This document shows positions 55,028 to 63,419 of a DNA stretch of 64,000 nt, piece after piece (position 1 is the stretch's first letter; each line of letters starts with the position of its first letter). Source of the stretch: an uncultured Acidimicrobiia bacterium (GTDB lineage: Bacteria > Actinomycetota > Acidimicrobiia > Acidimicrobiales > CAIXPF01). Made by a program: the position numbers and the translations under genes. The stretch covers positions 2,710 to 66,709 of the forward strand of contig CAIXPF010000032.1 of the NCBI GenBank assembly GCA_903921205.1, written 5' to 3'. The notes beneath the pieces were generated by a model that was not told the DNA's origin, ran no database searches, and saw nothing but the letters and a program-made list of their open reading frames with translations.

Positions 55028-55335
55028 CTGTTCAGTTGAAGGCACGATCTGACTCTTCGGAGGTAGGGCGGCCCGGTAAGTGGGGGGAACCGAGATCCGT
55101 ATCGACCCTCGACAACAACGTCGAGGAGTTGCATGTTCCCGTGAGGGTGGCATTCCCACCCTGACGGACGCCGCAGGCGTCCGCCACCTCATTTCTGGTG
55201 GTGTCGCCGCCATCATGGGACGGGTTCGTTGCCGAACGGGCATCGAACCGTATCACAATGGCACGCCGACCACGGCGTTGACCAGCACTTTCCCCGCCGA
55301 AGGTCGGGTTTGGGGTGTGACACTTGTCCACTCGC

Positions 55336-55341
55336 TAGGGT
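55336..55341 (+). promoter_or_regulatory. -10 box TAGGGT, 7 nt before ATG 55349
   Basis: TANNNT at leaderless spacing. Confidence 0.4.
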
Positions 55342-55348
55342 CCCGGCG

Positions 55349-56224
55349 ATGCAGATGAAGTTCGGCCTGTTCAACATCAACAACAACGCCTGCAGCCATC
55401 CCGACACCCTTGCCCAGGTGGCCCGGGCGGCCGAGGCCGCAGGCTTCGAGTCGCTCTGGACCGGCGAACACGTGGTGCTGCCCGACCCTCAGGTCCCACC
55501 GTCCCCCGTGCCCCCGCAGGGCCGCATGCTCGACGGCGGGATCGCCCTGACCTACGCCGCGGCGGTGACCACGACGATCCGCCTGGGCACCGGCATCATC
55601 ATCCTGCCCCAGCGAAACCCGCTGGTACTGGCCAAGGAGCTCGCCTCGCTCGACGTGCTGTCGAAGGGCCGGTTCATCTTCGGGGTCGGCGTGGGCTACC
55701 TCGAACCGGAGTTCCGGGCGCTCGGCATCTCCATGGACGACCGCAACGGCAAGACGCTCGAGTACCTCGAGGCCATGACCGCCATCTGGTCGATGGACAA
55801 GCCCGCCTACCACGGGCGCTACGTGTCCTTCGAGGGCGTCGACGCCCACCCCCGGCCGCTGCAACAACCGTCACCGCCGATCGTGATGGGCGGCCACACC
55901 GCAGCCGCCTACCGGCGCGCCATCACCCACGCCCACGGCTGGTACGGCTTCGCCCTCGATGCCGATCGCACCGCCGAGTGCGTCGACGGCCTGCGCAAGG
56001 CTGCCGAGCGCTACGAGCGTCCCGCCCACCTCGGCGAGCTCGAGATCACCGTCACCCCCGCCGGGCGCACCGATGCCGCCGCCGTCGAGCGCTTCGGCGA
56101 GTTGGGCGTGAACCGGCTAGTGCTGCTGCCCCGGCTGCCCGCGGGCCGGGACCGCAACGACCCGCTCGACGGGGAGGCCATCGTGGCCTTCGTCGAGGAG
56201 ATCGCCGCAGCCCACCTGCGCTGA
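55349..56224 (+). CDS. LLM-class F420-dependent oxidoreductase
   Basis: 291 aa from ATG 55349 (MQMKFGLFNI...). AEAAGFESLWTGEHVV and GRFIFGVGVGYLEPEF motifs. Confidence 0.8.
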   Translation: MQMKFGLFNINNNACSHPDTLAQVARAAEAAGFESLWTGEHVVLPDPQVPPSPVPPQGRMLDGGIALTYAAAVTTTIRLGTGIIILPQRNPLVLAKELASLDVLSKGRFIFGVGVGYLEPEFRALGISMDDRNGKTLEYLEAMTAIWSMDKPAYHGRYVSFEGVDAHPRPLQQPSPPIVMGGHTAAAYRRAITHAHGWYGFALDADRTAECVDGLRKAAERYERPAHLGELEITVTPAGRTDAAAVERFGELGVNRLVLLPRLPAGRDRNDPLDGEAIVAFVEEIAAAHLR

Positions 56225-56226
56225 CC

Positions 56227-56288
56227 CCGGACGCGTCTCGGCCCGGTCGTCACCCTCGTGGGCGTCGACCGGGCCGTGTCGCGTCCGG
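56227..56288. terminator. Long interrupted hairpin (9 bp + 11 bp stems) between convergent genes
   Basis: CCGGACGCG-TCT-CGGCCCGGTCG ... CGACCGGGCCG-TGT-CGCGTCCGG. Confidence 0.45.
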
Positions 56289-56298
56289 TCCGCAGGCC

Positions 56299-57132
56299 TC
56301 AGCGGCCGCGGAAGACCGGCTCCTGCTTGTCGACGAAGGCCTTGGCCGCGTTCAGGTGGTCCTCGGTCTGGCCGCAGTGGATGTGGTGGGTGACCTCGAG
56401 GTCCATGCAGTCGAGCAACTCGCCGCCGGCTGCGGCCCGGTTGATGTTCTCGATCATGAACCGGTAGGCGATCGACGGGCCGGTCGCCAGTTGCTGGGCG
56501 ACCCCACGCCAGCCGGCCTCGAACTCGGCGGCGGGGAACACCGCATTGACCAGCCCGAGGCCCTTGGCCTGGGCCATGTCCAGCTTGGAGGACAGCAGGT
56601 ACAGCTCCTTGGCCTTGGCCGCGCCCACCAACTGGGTCAGGAACCAGGTACCGCCGTAGTCGCCGGAGAAGCCCACCCGGGCGAAGGCGGTGGTCATCAC
56701 GGCGGTGTCCACGGCGATGCGCAGATCGCAGGCCAACGCCATCGACAGACCGGCGCCGGCGGCGGCGCCGGGAAGCACCGCGATGGTGGGCTTGGCCATC
56801 GCCCACAGGGCCCCGGAGGTGGCCCGCTGGTCGAGCCGCTGGCGCTGGACCCGCTCGTCGTAGGTCTCGACCGAGCCCGCCCCGCGCGCGGAACCCTCGG
56901 CCATGCCCTTGACATCGCCGCCGGCGCAGAACGCCCCGCCGGCACCGGTGAGCACCACGCACCGCACGTCCGATGCGGTGGCGCACTCGGCCAGCGCCGC
57001 TTGCATACCCATCAGCATCTCGTCGGAAAGGGCGTTGCGGCGGTCGGGACGGTTCATGGTCAGCACGGCCACGCCGTCGTTGACCTCGGCCTGCAGGTGG
57101 TCGGTACCGGTGTCGATGGTGCGAGAGCTCAT
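56299..57132 (-). CDS. enoyl-CoA hydratase/isomerase family protein
   Basis: 277 aa. MNRPDRRNAL, GAFCAGGDVK and LPGAAAGAGLSMALACD motifs. The ATG overlaps the MFS stop. Confidence 0.85.
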   Translation of the reverse strand: MSSRTIDTGTDHLQAEVNDGVAVLTMNRPDRRNALSDEMLMGMQAALAECATASDVRCVVLTGAGGAFCAGGDVKGMAEGSARGAGSVETYDERVQRQRLDQRATSGALWAMAKPTIAVLPGAAAGAGLSMALACDLRIAVDTAVMTTAFARVGFSGDYGGTWFLTQLVGAAKAKELYLLSSKLDMAQAKGLGLVNAVFPAAEFEAGWRGVAQQLATGPSIAYRFMIENINRAAAGGELLDCMDLEVTHHIHCGQTEDHLNAAKAFVDKQEPVFRGR

Positions 57133-58391
57133 GACGGCGACGGTAGCCCAGCCCCGACCGCCGGGGTCGGCCGACGCTCGACCAGGGCGCTGAACACCGT
57201 GGCGGCGACAGCCAGGCCGAGCAGTACCTGCAGCAGCCGTTCGTAGTTGCCGGTCACGTCGAACAACACCCCGGCGGTGACCGGCCCGGCCGCCACCGCG
57301 ACCGTGGTGCAGGCGCTGAGCACCCCGCTGATGGCGCCGTAATGCGCGGCCCCGAACAGGTCGGCCACCAGCGTGGCCCGCAACAGCGTGCTCATCCCCC
57401 GGCCCATGCCGTAGAGCGCCACGAAGCACCACACCGCCACCACGGCCTGCGAGACGCTCAGGATCGCCACCCCGCACGCCAGCGACGCGAACACCACCAC
57501 CGTGGTCACCCGCCGTGACAGCACCCGCTCCATCGGGGCGAACAGCAGGCGGCCCGGCAACTGCATGGCCCCCAGCGCCCCGGTTGCCGCGGCGGCGAAC
57601 GCCGGCGCATGCCCGTCGTCGATCAACATCGCCACCTGGTGCACCGCCAGCGCCGAGGTCACGAACGACGACGCCACGAATGCCGCGGCAAGAAACCAGA
57701 ACGTGGCGCTGCGCACGGCGTCGTGCAGGGTACGGTCCTCGCTCACCGAGCCTGCCACGGTCGGCACGCCAACGGCATCGTCCGTCGCCGGCTCGGCAAC
57801 CGGACCGTCCACCCCGCCGGGCGGCGGGGCGCGCAGCACGACCGCGTGCAACGGGATCGTGATCGCCCCGAGCACGACCGCCAGCACCACCAGCGCCCGT
57901 CGCCAGCCGTAGGCCTCGATGAGGGCATTCTCCAACGGCAGGAAGATCGTGGACGCCAGCCCGGCCATCAGGGTGACCGCGGTGAGGGCCTTGCGGCGGT
58001 CGGCCCGGAACCACTTGGTCACCACGGTGAAGGCCGGTTCGTAGAGGATCGTGGCCATCACCACGCCCAGGCCGGCCCACAGCAGGGTGAAGGACCACAG
58101 CCGGTGCACCTGCGACCAGACCAGCACCCCCGCCGTGGCGGCGCAGGAGCCCACGGTCATCAACACCCGGGGGCTGTGGCGGTCGAGCCAGCGGCCCACC
58201 AGCATGGCGGTGGCCCCCTGCATCAGCAACGCCAGCGAGAAAGCGGCCGACATCGAGCCCCGCGACCAACCGAGCTCCTCGGTGATGGGGCGCAGGAACG
58301 CCGTGAAGCCGTAGTACAGCACTCCCCACGAGACGGTCTCGGTCACCGCCAGCGCGGCGACGATGCTCCAGCCGCGCCGTCGGGGCGACAC
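57129..58391 (-). CDS. MFS transporter
   Basis: 420 aa with about 12 TM segments. GRWLDRHSPR loop motif. Confidence 0.85.
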   Translation of the reverse strand: MSPRRRGWSIVAALAVTETVSWGVLYYGFTAFLRPITEELGWSRGSMSAAFSLALLMQGATAMLVGRWLDRHSPRVLMTVGSCAATAGVLVWSQVHRLWSFTLLWAGLGVVMATILYEPAFTVVTKWFRADRRKALTAVTLMAGLASTIFLPLENALIEAYGWRRALVVLAVVLGAITIPLHAVVLRAPPPGGVDGPVAEPATDDAVGVPTVAGSVSEDRTLHDAVRSATFWFLAAAFVASSFVTSALAVHQVAMLIDDGHAPAFAAAATGALGAMQLPGRLLFAPMERVLSRRVTTVVVFASLACGVAILSVSQAVVAVWCFVALYGMGRGMSTLLRATLVADLFGAAHYGAISGVLSACTTVAVAAGPVTAGVLFDVTGNYERLLQVLLGLAVAATVFSALVERRPTPAVGAGLPSPS

Positions 58392-58401
58392 GGTGGCCCG
58401 G

Positions 58402-58629
58402 CTACAGCCCGCTGGCGGAAAGGAAATCGGCCACTCGCAGCAACACGTTGGACAGCTCCGGGTGGGAGGTCTCGAAGTGCACGGCGGACTCGTTCAGCTT
58501 CTCGCCGAGCCCCTCGTGCTCGTCCTCGTCGATGGCTCGTTGCACGTCGCTGCCGAGGTCCTTGGCCCGGTCGTCATCGGTGAGATGCAACCGATGGGCG
58601 AGATCCTCGAGATGTGCGCGCAGATCCAT
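58402..58629 (-). CDS. DUF4404-like small acidic protein
   Basis: 75 aa. ...HLTDDDRAK...HFETSHPELS...L..L...GL pattern recalled from DUF4404. Confidence 0.55.
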   Translation of the reverse strand: MDLRAHLEDLAHRLHLTDDDRAKDLGSDVQRAIDEDEHEGLGEKLNESAVHFETSHPELSNVLLRVADFLSASGL

Positions 58630-58645
58630 GGCCGGGAGCTTACGT

Positions 58646-59050
58646 TCAGCCCCGGGCGAATCGGTACAGCGCCGTGCCCTGCCCGGTGTCGTGGAACACC
58701 ACGCGCACCCGCTGGCCGACCTCGAGCGCGTCGGGATCGTCCTCGACCAGGTTGGTCAGCACCCGCGGGCCCTCGTCGAGCTCGACGTAGGCCAACACGT
58801 ACGGGGTGGCGTTGCGGTACTCGCCCTGGCCCTTGCGCGTGATCGAGAAGCTGTAGATCGTGCCGAAGCCCGAGGCGTCCTTCCAGGTGACCTCAGTCGA
58901 GCCGCACTCCGGGCAGAACGACCGCGGGTACCAGATCACGAAGGCGCAACGATCACAGTGCGGCAACACCAGGCGACCCTCGGCGGTGCCGTCCCAGAAC
59001 GGCTGGGTCTCGCTGTTGACACGCGGGGCGGGGACGGGGAGGTTGCTCAT
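58646..59050 (-). CDS. Zn-ribbon / OB-fold protein (DUF35 family)
   Basis: PFWDGTAEGRLVLPHCDRCAFVIWYPRSFCPECGS followed by an OB-fold. The ATG overlaps the thiolase stop. Confidence 0.8.
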   Translation of the reverse strand: MSNLPVPAPRVNSETQPFWDGTAEGRLVLPHCDRCAFVIWYPRSFCPECGSTEVTWKDASGFGTIYSFSITRKGQGEYRNATPYVLAYVELDEGPRVLTNLVEDDPDALEVGQRVRVVFHDTGQGTALYRFARG

Positions 59051-60222
59051 GCGTCTTCCTGACCGAGGATGAGAGTGGCGGCGCCGGTACGGGTGCCGAG
59101 GTTGCCGCCCGTCCCGTGGGCGAGAGCCAGCGAACAGTCGGGGACCTGGACCGCAGGGTGGGCCTCACCGCGCAACTGGCGCACGGCCTCGATGATCTTG
59201 GTCATGCCACCGCGGTTGCCGGGGTGGTTGTTGCACAGTCCCCCGCCGTCGGTGTTGAACGGCAGCCGGCCGAACGGTGCCACCAGGCCGCCGTCGGACA
59301 CGAAGCGGCCGCCCTCACCCTTGGCGCAGAACCCGAGATCCTCGATGGTCTGCAGCACCGTGATGGTGAAGCTGTCGTAGATGGAGGCGTAGCGGATGTC
59401 GGCCGGGGTCACCCCGGCCTCGGCGAACGCCGCCGGACCCGACCAGCGCGCACCGGTGTGGGTCAGGTCGATCCGGCCGTTGTTCGTGGACTTCATCGTC
59501 TCGCCGTGGCCGAGCACCCATGCCGCCCGATGTCCGCCGCCGAGCGATCGGGCGATCTCCGGGTTGGCAACCACGACAGCACCCCCGCCATCGGTGATCA
59601 CGCAGCAGTCCAGCCGGTGCAGCGGATCGGCCACCATCGGCGAGTCGAGCACCTCCTGCACCGTCACCACGTCACGCAGGAAGGCGTTCGGGTTGTGCTG
59701 GGCGTGCAGCGACGCGGCCACCTTGATCTCGGCCAACTGTGCGCTGGTCGTGCCGAACTCGTACATGTGACGGCGGGCGGCGAGGGCGTAGGCGTTGGGC
59801 ACGGTGATGCCCCAGGGGTTCTCGAACCCGCCCTCGGGGGCGGCACTGAACCCGCCCGACCCGCCGGGCGCGGCACCGCCGGTACGGGGCTTGCCGGCCA
59901 GGGTGATGAGCGCAACCGAGCACTTCCCGGCGGCGATGAGCGCTGCGGCGTGGCCGACGTGGAACAGGTAGCTCGACCCACCGGTCTCGGTGGAGTCGAG
60001 GATCCGCGGCTTCAGACCGAGGTACTCCGCCATCGACAGCGCGCCGAAGCCCGGGGCGTCACCGGCGCAGAAGTACGCATCGACGTCGGAGAACGCCAGC
60101 CCGGCGTCGGCCAGGGCCCCAGCGGCAACCTCACGGTGCACCTGCGGCAGCGTCAGATGCGGGATGTCCCGCAACGGGTGCTCGAATGCCCCCACGATGG
60201 CAGCTCTGCCTCGAATGCTCAC
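59047..60222 (-). CDS. thiolase-fold lipid-transfer (SCP-x type) protein
   Basis: 391 aa. AIVGAFEHP, CSVALITLAG and a C-terminal GGLCNNHPGNRGG thiolase-like motif. GAGGAG lies upstream of the GTG. Confidence 0.85.
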   Translation of the reverse strand: MSIRGRAAIVGAFEHPLRDIPHLTLPQVHREVAAGALADAGLAFSDVDAYFCAGDAPGFGALSMAEYLGLKPRILDSTETGGSSYLFHVGHAAALIAAGKCSVALITLAGKPRTGGAAPGGSGGFSAAPEGGFENPWGITVPNAYALAARRHMYEFGTTSAQLAEIKVAASLHAQHNPNAFLRDVVTVQEVLDSPMVADPLHRLDCCVITDGGGAVVVANPEIARSLGGGHRAAWVLGHGETMKSTNNGRIDLTHTGARWSGPAAFAEAGVTPADIRYASIYDSFTITVLQTIEDLGFCAKGEGGRFVSDGGLVAPFGRLPFNTDGGGLCNNHPGNRGGMTKIIEAVRQLRGEAHPAVQVPDCSLALAHGTGGNLGTRTGAATLILGQEDA

Positions 60223-60363
60223 GGTGCTCCTCTCGCCGGCTCCGCTCGGCCGGCCTGCACGTTAGGCGACCATCGGCAATGCGCCACAAGAGCACGCGCC
60301 GGCCCGATGATGCGCCCGGTGCGTTGCTCTCGGCGGCACCGGGCTGCGGTGGTCTCCCCGGTC

Positions 60364-61218
60364 TCAGCGGCCCTTGAACTGCGGTGCGCGCTTCTCGACG
60401 AAGGCCTTGGCGGCCTCGCGGTGGTCCTCGGTGCGAGCGGCGGCGGTCATCGCCACGGCCTCGCCGTCGAGACAGGTCCGCAGATCGGCCTTGGTGGCAC
60501 GGATCAGGTTCTCCTTCATGTAGCGGTACGCGACGGTCGGGCCGGCAGCGAACGAGGCTGCCCACTGCTGCGCCGCGTCCGCCAGCTCGCCGTCGGGGAC
60601 GACCCGGGTGGCGAGCCCGAGCCGCAGCATCTCCGCCGCGGTGATCCGCTCGTTGCACAGGTAGACCTCGCGGGCCTTGGCCGATCCGACCAGCTGCGTC
60701 AGGAACCAGCTCCCACCGAAATCACCGGAGAAGCCCACCTTGGCGAAGGCGCTGAGGAGGAACGCAGACTCCGCAGCGATGCGCAGATCGCACGACAGGG
60801 CGATCGACATGCCCGCCCCCGCTGCTGCGCCGGGCAGCGCAGCGATGGTGACCTTCGGGAACTCGTAGAGCTGTGCCGACACCAGGTTCTGGCGTCGGCG
60901 CAGGTCCGCCACACCGGCCTCGAAGGACAGCCCGACGCCTCCGGCGTTCTTCTCGGCCCGTTCCGACTGGGCGGCGACGTCGCCGCCGGCGCAGAACGCC
61001 CGCCCGGTGCCCGTGACCACCAGGGCGCCGACCTCATCGTCGGCGGCGAGCTGCGGCAGCACCTTTCCGAACCCCTCGAAGATCTCCGGGTGCAGGGCGT
61101 TCATGCGCTCGGGCCGGTTCAGACGCAAGGTGGCGACCCCGTCGGCGACCTCGCCGAGCAGGAAGGCCGTACCGGTGTCGATGCTGCGGACGTTCGGGGA
61201 CGTGTCGGAGTTCGCCAT
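60364..61218 (-). CDS. enoyl-CoA hydratase/isomerase family protein (paralog of 56299..57132)
   Basis: LNRPERMNAL, GRAFCAGGDV and LPGAAAGAGMSIALSCD motifs. The start was set at ATG 61218 (TAGGGT 6 nt upstream). The longest ORF starts at GTG 61224. Confidence 0.85.
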   Translation of the reverse strand: MANSDTSPNVRSIDTGTAFLLGEVADGVATLRLNRPERMNALHPEIFEGFGKVLPQLAADDEVGALVVTGTGRAFCAGGDVAAQSERAEKNAGGVGLSFEAGVADLRRRQNLVSAQLYEFPKVTIAALPGAAAGAGMSIALSCDLRIAAESAFLLSAFAKVGFSGDFGGSWFLTQLVGSAKAREVYLCNERITAAEMLRLGLATRVVPDGELADAAQQWAASFAAGPTVAYRYMKENLIRATKADLRTCLDGEAVAMTAAARTEDHREAAKAFVEKRAPQFKGR

Positions 61219-61224
61219 GGCCAC

Positions 61225-61230
61225 ACCCTA
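61225..61230 (-). promoter_or_regulatory. -10 box TAGGGT, 6 nt before ATG 61218
   Basis: TANNNT at leaderless spacing. Confidence 0.4.
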
Positions 61231-61248
61231 GGTCAGCACGGGTCGCGC

Positions 61249-61278
61249 CGGAGCCGTGGCAACTCCGCCACGGCTCCG
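61249..61278 (-). terminator. 11-bp stem hairpin just downstream of the peroxiredoxin stop
   Basis: CGGAGCCGTGG-8 nt-CCACGGCTCCG. Confidence 0.45.
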
Positions 61279-61288
61279 CTGCCCGGGA

Positions 61289-61927
61289 TCAGACCCGGTT
61301 GGGCTGCGGCACGATCCGCAGGTACGGCTTGGGGGCCTTCCAGCCACCCGGGAACCGCAGCTTGGCGTCGTCGTCGCTCACCGACGCGGCGATGATCACG
61401 TCCTCGCCGTCGGTCCAGTTGACCGGGGTGGCGACGGCATACTGCGCGGTCAACTGCAGCGAATCGATGACGCGCAGCACCTCGTCGAAGTTCCGGCCGG
61501 TCGACGCCGGGTAGGTGATGGTCAGCTTCACCTTCTTGTCGGGACCCACCACAAACACCGAGCGCACGGTCAGGGTGTCGTTGGCGTTGGGGTGGATCAT
61601 CCCGTAGAGGTTCGACACGGCACGGTCGGCGTCGCCGATCATCGGGAAGTTCACCGCCGTTCCCTGCGTTTCGGCGATGTCGCCCTCCCAGCGTTCGTGG
61701 GAGTCCACGGGGTCGACGGACAGACCGATCACCTTGACGTTGCGCCGGTCGAACTCGGGCTTGAGCTTGGCCACCATGCCCAGCTCGGTGGTGCACACCG
61801 GCGTGAAGTCCTTCGGGTGGGAGAACAACACACCCCAGCCGTCGCCGAGCCACTCGTGGAAGCGGATGGTGCCCTGGGTGGTCTCCGCCGTGAAGTCGGG
61901 GGCCTCATCGCCCAACTGGATGGCCAT
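61289..61927 (-). CDS. 1-Cys peroxiredoxin (Prx6-like)
   Basis: MAIQLGDEAPDF start, peroxidatic Cys motif HPKDFTPVCTTE, and no resolving Cys motif. The alternative GTG 61933 would add 2 aa. Confidence 0.9.
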   Translation of the reverse strand: MAIQLGDEAPDFTAETTQGTIRFHEWLGDGWGVLFSHPKDFTPVCTTELGMVAKLKPEFDRRNVKVIGLSVDPVDSHERWEGDIAETQGTAVNFPMIGDADRAVSNLYGMIHPNANDTLTVRSVFVVGPDKKVKLTITYPASTGRNFDEVLRVIDSLQLTAQYAVATPVNWTDGEDVIIAASVSDDDAKLRFPGGWKAPKPYLRIVPQPNRV

Positions 61928-61994
61928 CGTCACTCACTCTCGTTGATCCGGGCCGATCCGTGAATCCAGATAAATATGATCGGCCAAGTCAACA

Positions 61995-63200
61995 TTAGTC
62001 CGCCGGCGGTGCGGCGGGCGAGGCCGACGACCCGTCCTCCGCGCTGATGCGATCGAGCGCGCCGAGGACGTCGGCGATGATGTCCTCGGTGTCCTCCAGA
62101 CCGCACGACAGCCGGATGGTGCCCGGCGAGATGCCGGACTCGGCCATCTCCTCCGGGGTCAACCCGGCATGGGTCGTGGACGCCGGATGGGTCACCAGGC
62201 TCTCGGGCCCGCCGAAGGAGGTCGCCGCCAGGCACAGTTCCACCGCACCCATGAACGCCTCGCCCGCCGCGAGTCCGCCGGCGAGCTCGAAGCTGAGCAA
62301 TCCGCCGGGAAGGCGCAACTGCCGGCGGGCCAGATCGGCCCGGGGATGCGACGCGAGACCAGGATGACGTACCTCGGCGACCGCAGGGTGGCGCTCCAGT
62401 CGCTCGCCCACCGCCACAGCACTGGCGCTCTGCTGGCGGAACCGAACGCCCAACGTACGCAGACCGCGCAGGGCGTTGGTGGCGTCGTAGGGCGAGGCGG
62501 TGGCGCCCTGCAACACCGCGAAACCCCACAACCATTCGATGAGATCACGTTCGCCGGCCACCACACCGAGCACGGCGTCGTTGTGCCCGGCCATGGCCTT
62601 GGTGGCCGAATGCACCACCAGGTCGATGCCGTGCTGCAAGGGCTGCTGGCCCATCGGGGTGGCCAGCGTCGAGTCCACGACCTTGATCGGGCCCACCAGC
62701 GCACCGATCTCGTCGAGATCGACCAGATCGAGCCTGGGATTGGCCGGCGTCTCCGCCAGAACCAGCATCGTCTCGCCCGGCCGGACCGCCGCCGCGAACG
62801 CCCCGGGAACAGTGGCATCGACGAAGGTCACGTCGATCCCGAAGCGCGGGCACACCCCCGCCAGCAGCTGCGTCGTACCGCCGTAACACTGCCGTTGCGC
62901 CACGATGTGATTGCCCTGCCGGCACAGGCCGAGCACCACCGCACACATCGCACCCATGCCCGAGGCAAAGGCCAGTGCGGCCTCGGCGCCCTCGAGCGTC
63001 GCCACGGCATCCTCAAACGCCCGCACCGACGGATTCCCGTGACGGCCGTAGAACCGGGTGGTGCGCGGCCGCATGGCTTGCGAGCGCCCGTCGGCCAACG
63101 ACGCCATCTGGAAGGTCGAACTGGCCCAGACCGCAGGAGCGAGGGCCGAACCGGTGTCGTTCCGTCCGGCGGTGATTGCAAGAGTTTCGCGCGCCACCAT
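61995..63200 (-). CDS. Cys/Met-metabolism PLP-dependent enzyme (cystathionine gamma-synthase / methionine gamma-lyase family)
   Basis: 401 aa with the PLP-lysine motif HSATKAMAGH. YGRHGNPS and RLSCGLED motifs. Confidence 0.85.
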   Translation of the reverse strand: MVARETLAITAGRNDTGSALAPAVWASSTFQMASLADGRSQAMRPRTTRFYGRHGNPSVRAFEDAVATLEGAEAALAFASGMGAMCAVVLGLCRQGNHIVAQRQCYGGTTQLLAGVCPRFGIDVTFVDATVPGAFAAAVRPGETMLVLAETPANPRLDLVDLDEIGALVGPIKVVDSTLATPMGQQPLQHGIDLVVHSATKAMAGHNDAVLGVVAGERDLIEWLWGFAVLQGATASPYDATNALRGLRTLGVRFRQQSASAVAVGERLERHPAVAEVRHPGLASHPRADLARRQLRLPGGLLSFELAGGLAAGEAFMGAVELCLAATSFGGPESLVTHPASTTHAGLTPEEMAESGISPGTIRLSCGLEDTEDIIADVLGALDRISAEDGSSASPAAPPAD

Positions 63201-63325
63201 GGATGACTCTCTTTCGGGGAGGAGCCGTGGATGCCTGCGGACCGCACGACTGCGAACAGCCCGAACCGAGGTGGTCCGATGGTTCCGGGACCGCTAGGGG
63301 TCCGGGACAGTTCGTTGCCCGTACG

Positions 63326-63419
63326 GGCCGCATCCCGCCCCTTGCGGAGCGGCAGGCACCTTGGGTGTCCGCCCCAGGTTGCCGAGCCCGACCGAGATCG
63401 GAACTCTCTTGATGTGACC
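63326..63419 (-). promoter_or_regulatory. SAM-I-clan riboswitch aptamer candidate (SAM-I / SAM-IV / SAM-I/IV)
   Basis: The minus-strand RNA is GGUCACAUC-AAGAGAG...GGCAACC-UGGGGCGGACACCCAA-GGUGCC-UG-CCGCUCC-GCAA-GGGGCGG-GAUGCGGCC. P1 is GGUCACAUC with GAUGCGGCC. P3 is GGCAACC with GGUGCC. P4 is capped by a GNRA loop. The AUCAAGAGAG junction is conserved. The element lies about 125 nt upstream of a Met-pathway gene. Confidence 0.6.

Noticed and set aside
55080-55330. A possible tRNA or known sRNA in the lower-GC sigma / LLM spacer.
   Set aside because: There is no cloverleaf and no T-loop GGTTCGAATCC-like sequence or anticodon arm geometry. I could not match it to 6C, Ms1, 6S or other actinobacterial RNAs from memory. 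It is kept only as a structured-leader candidate.
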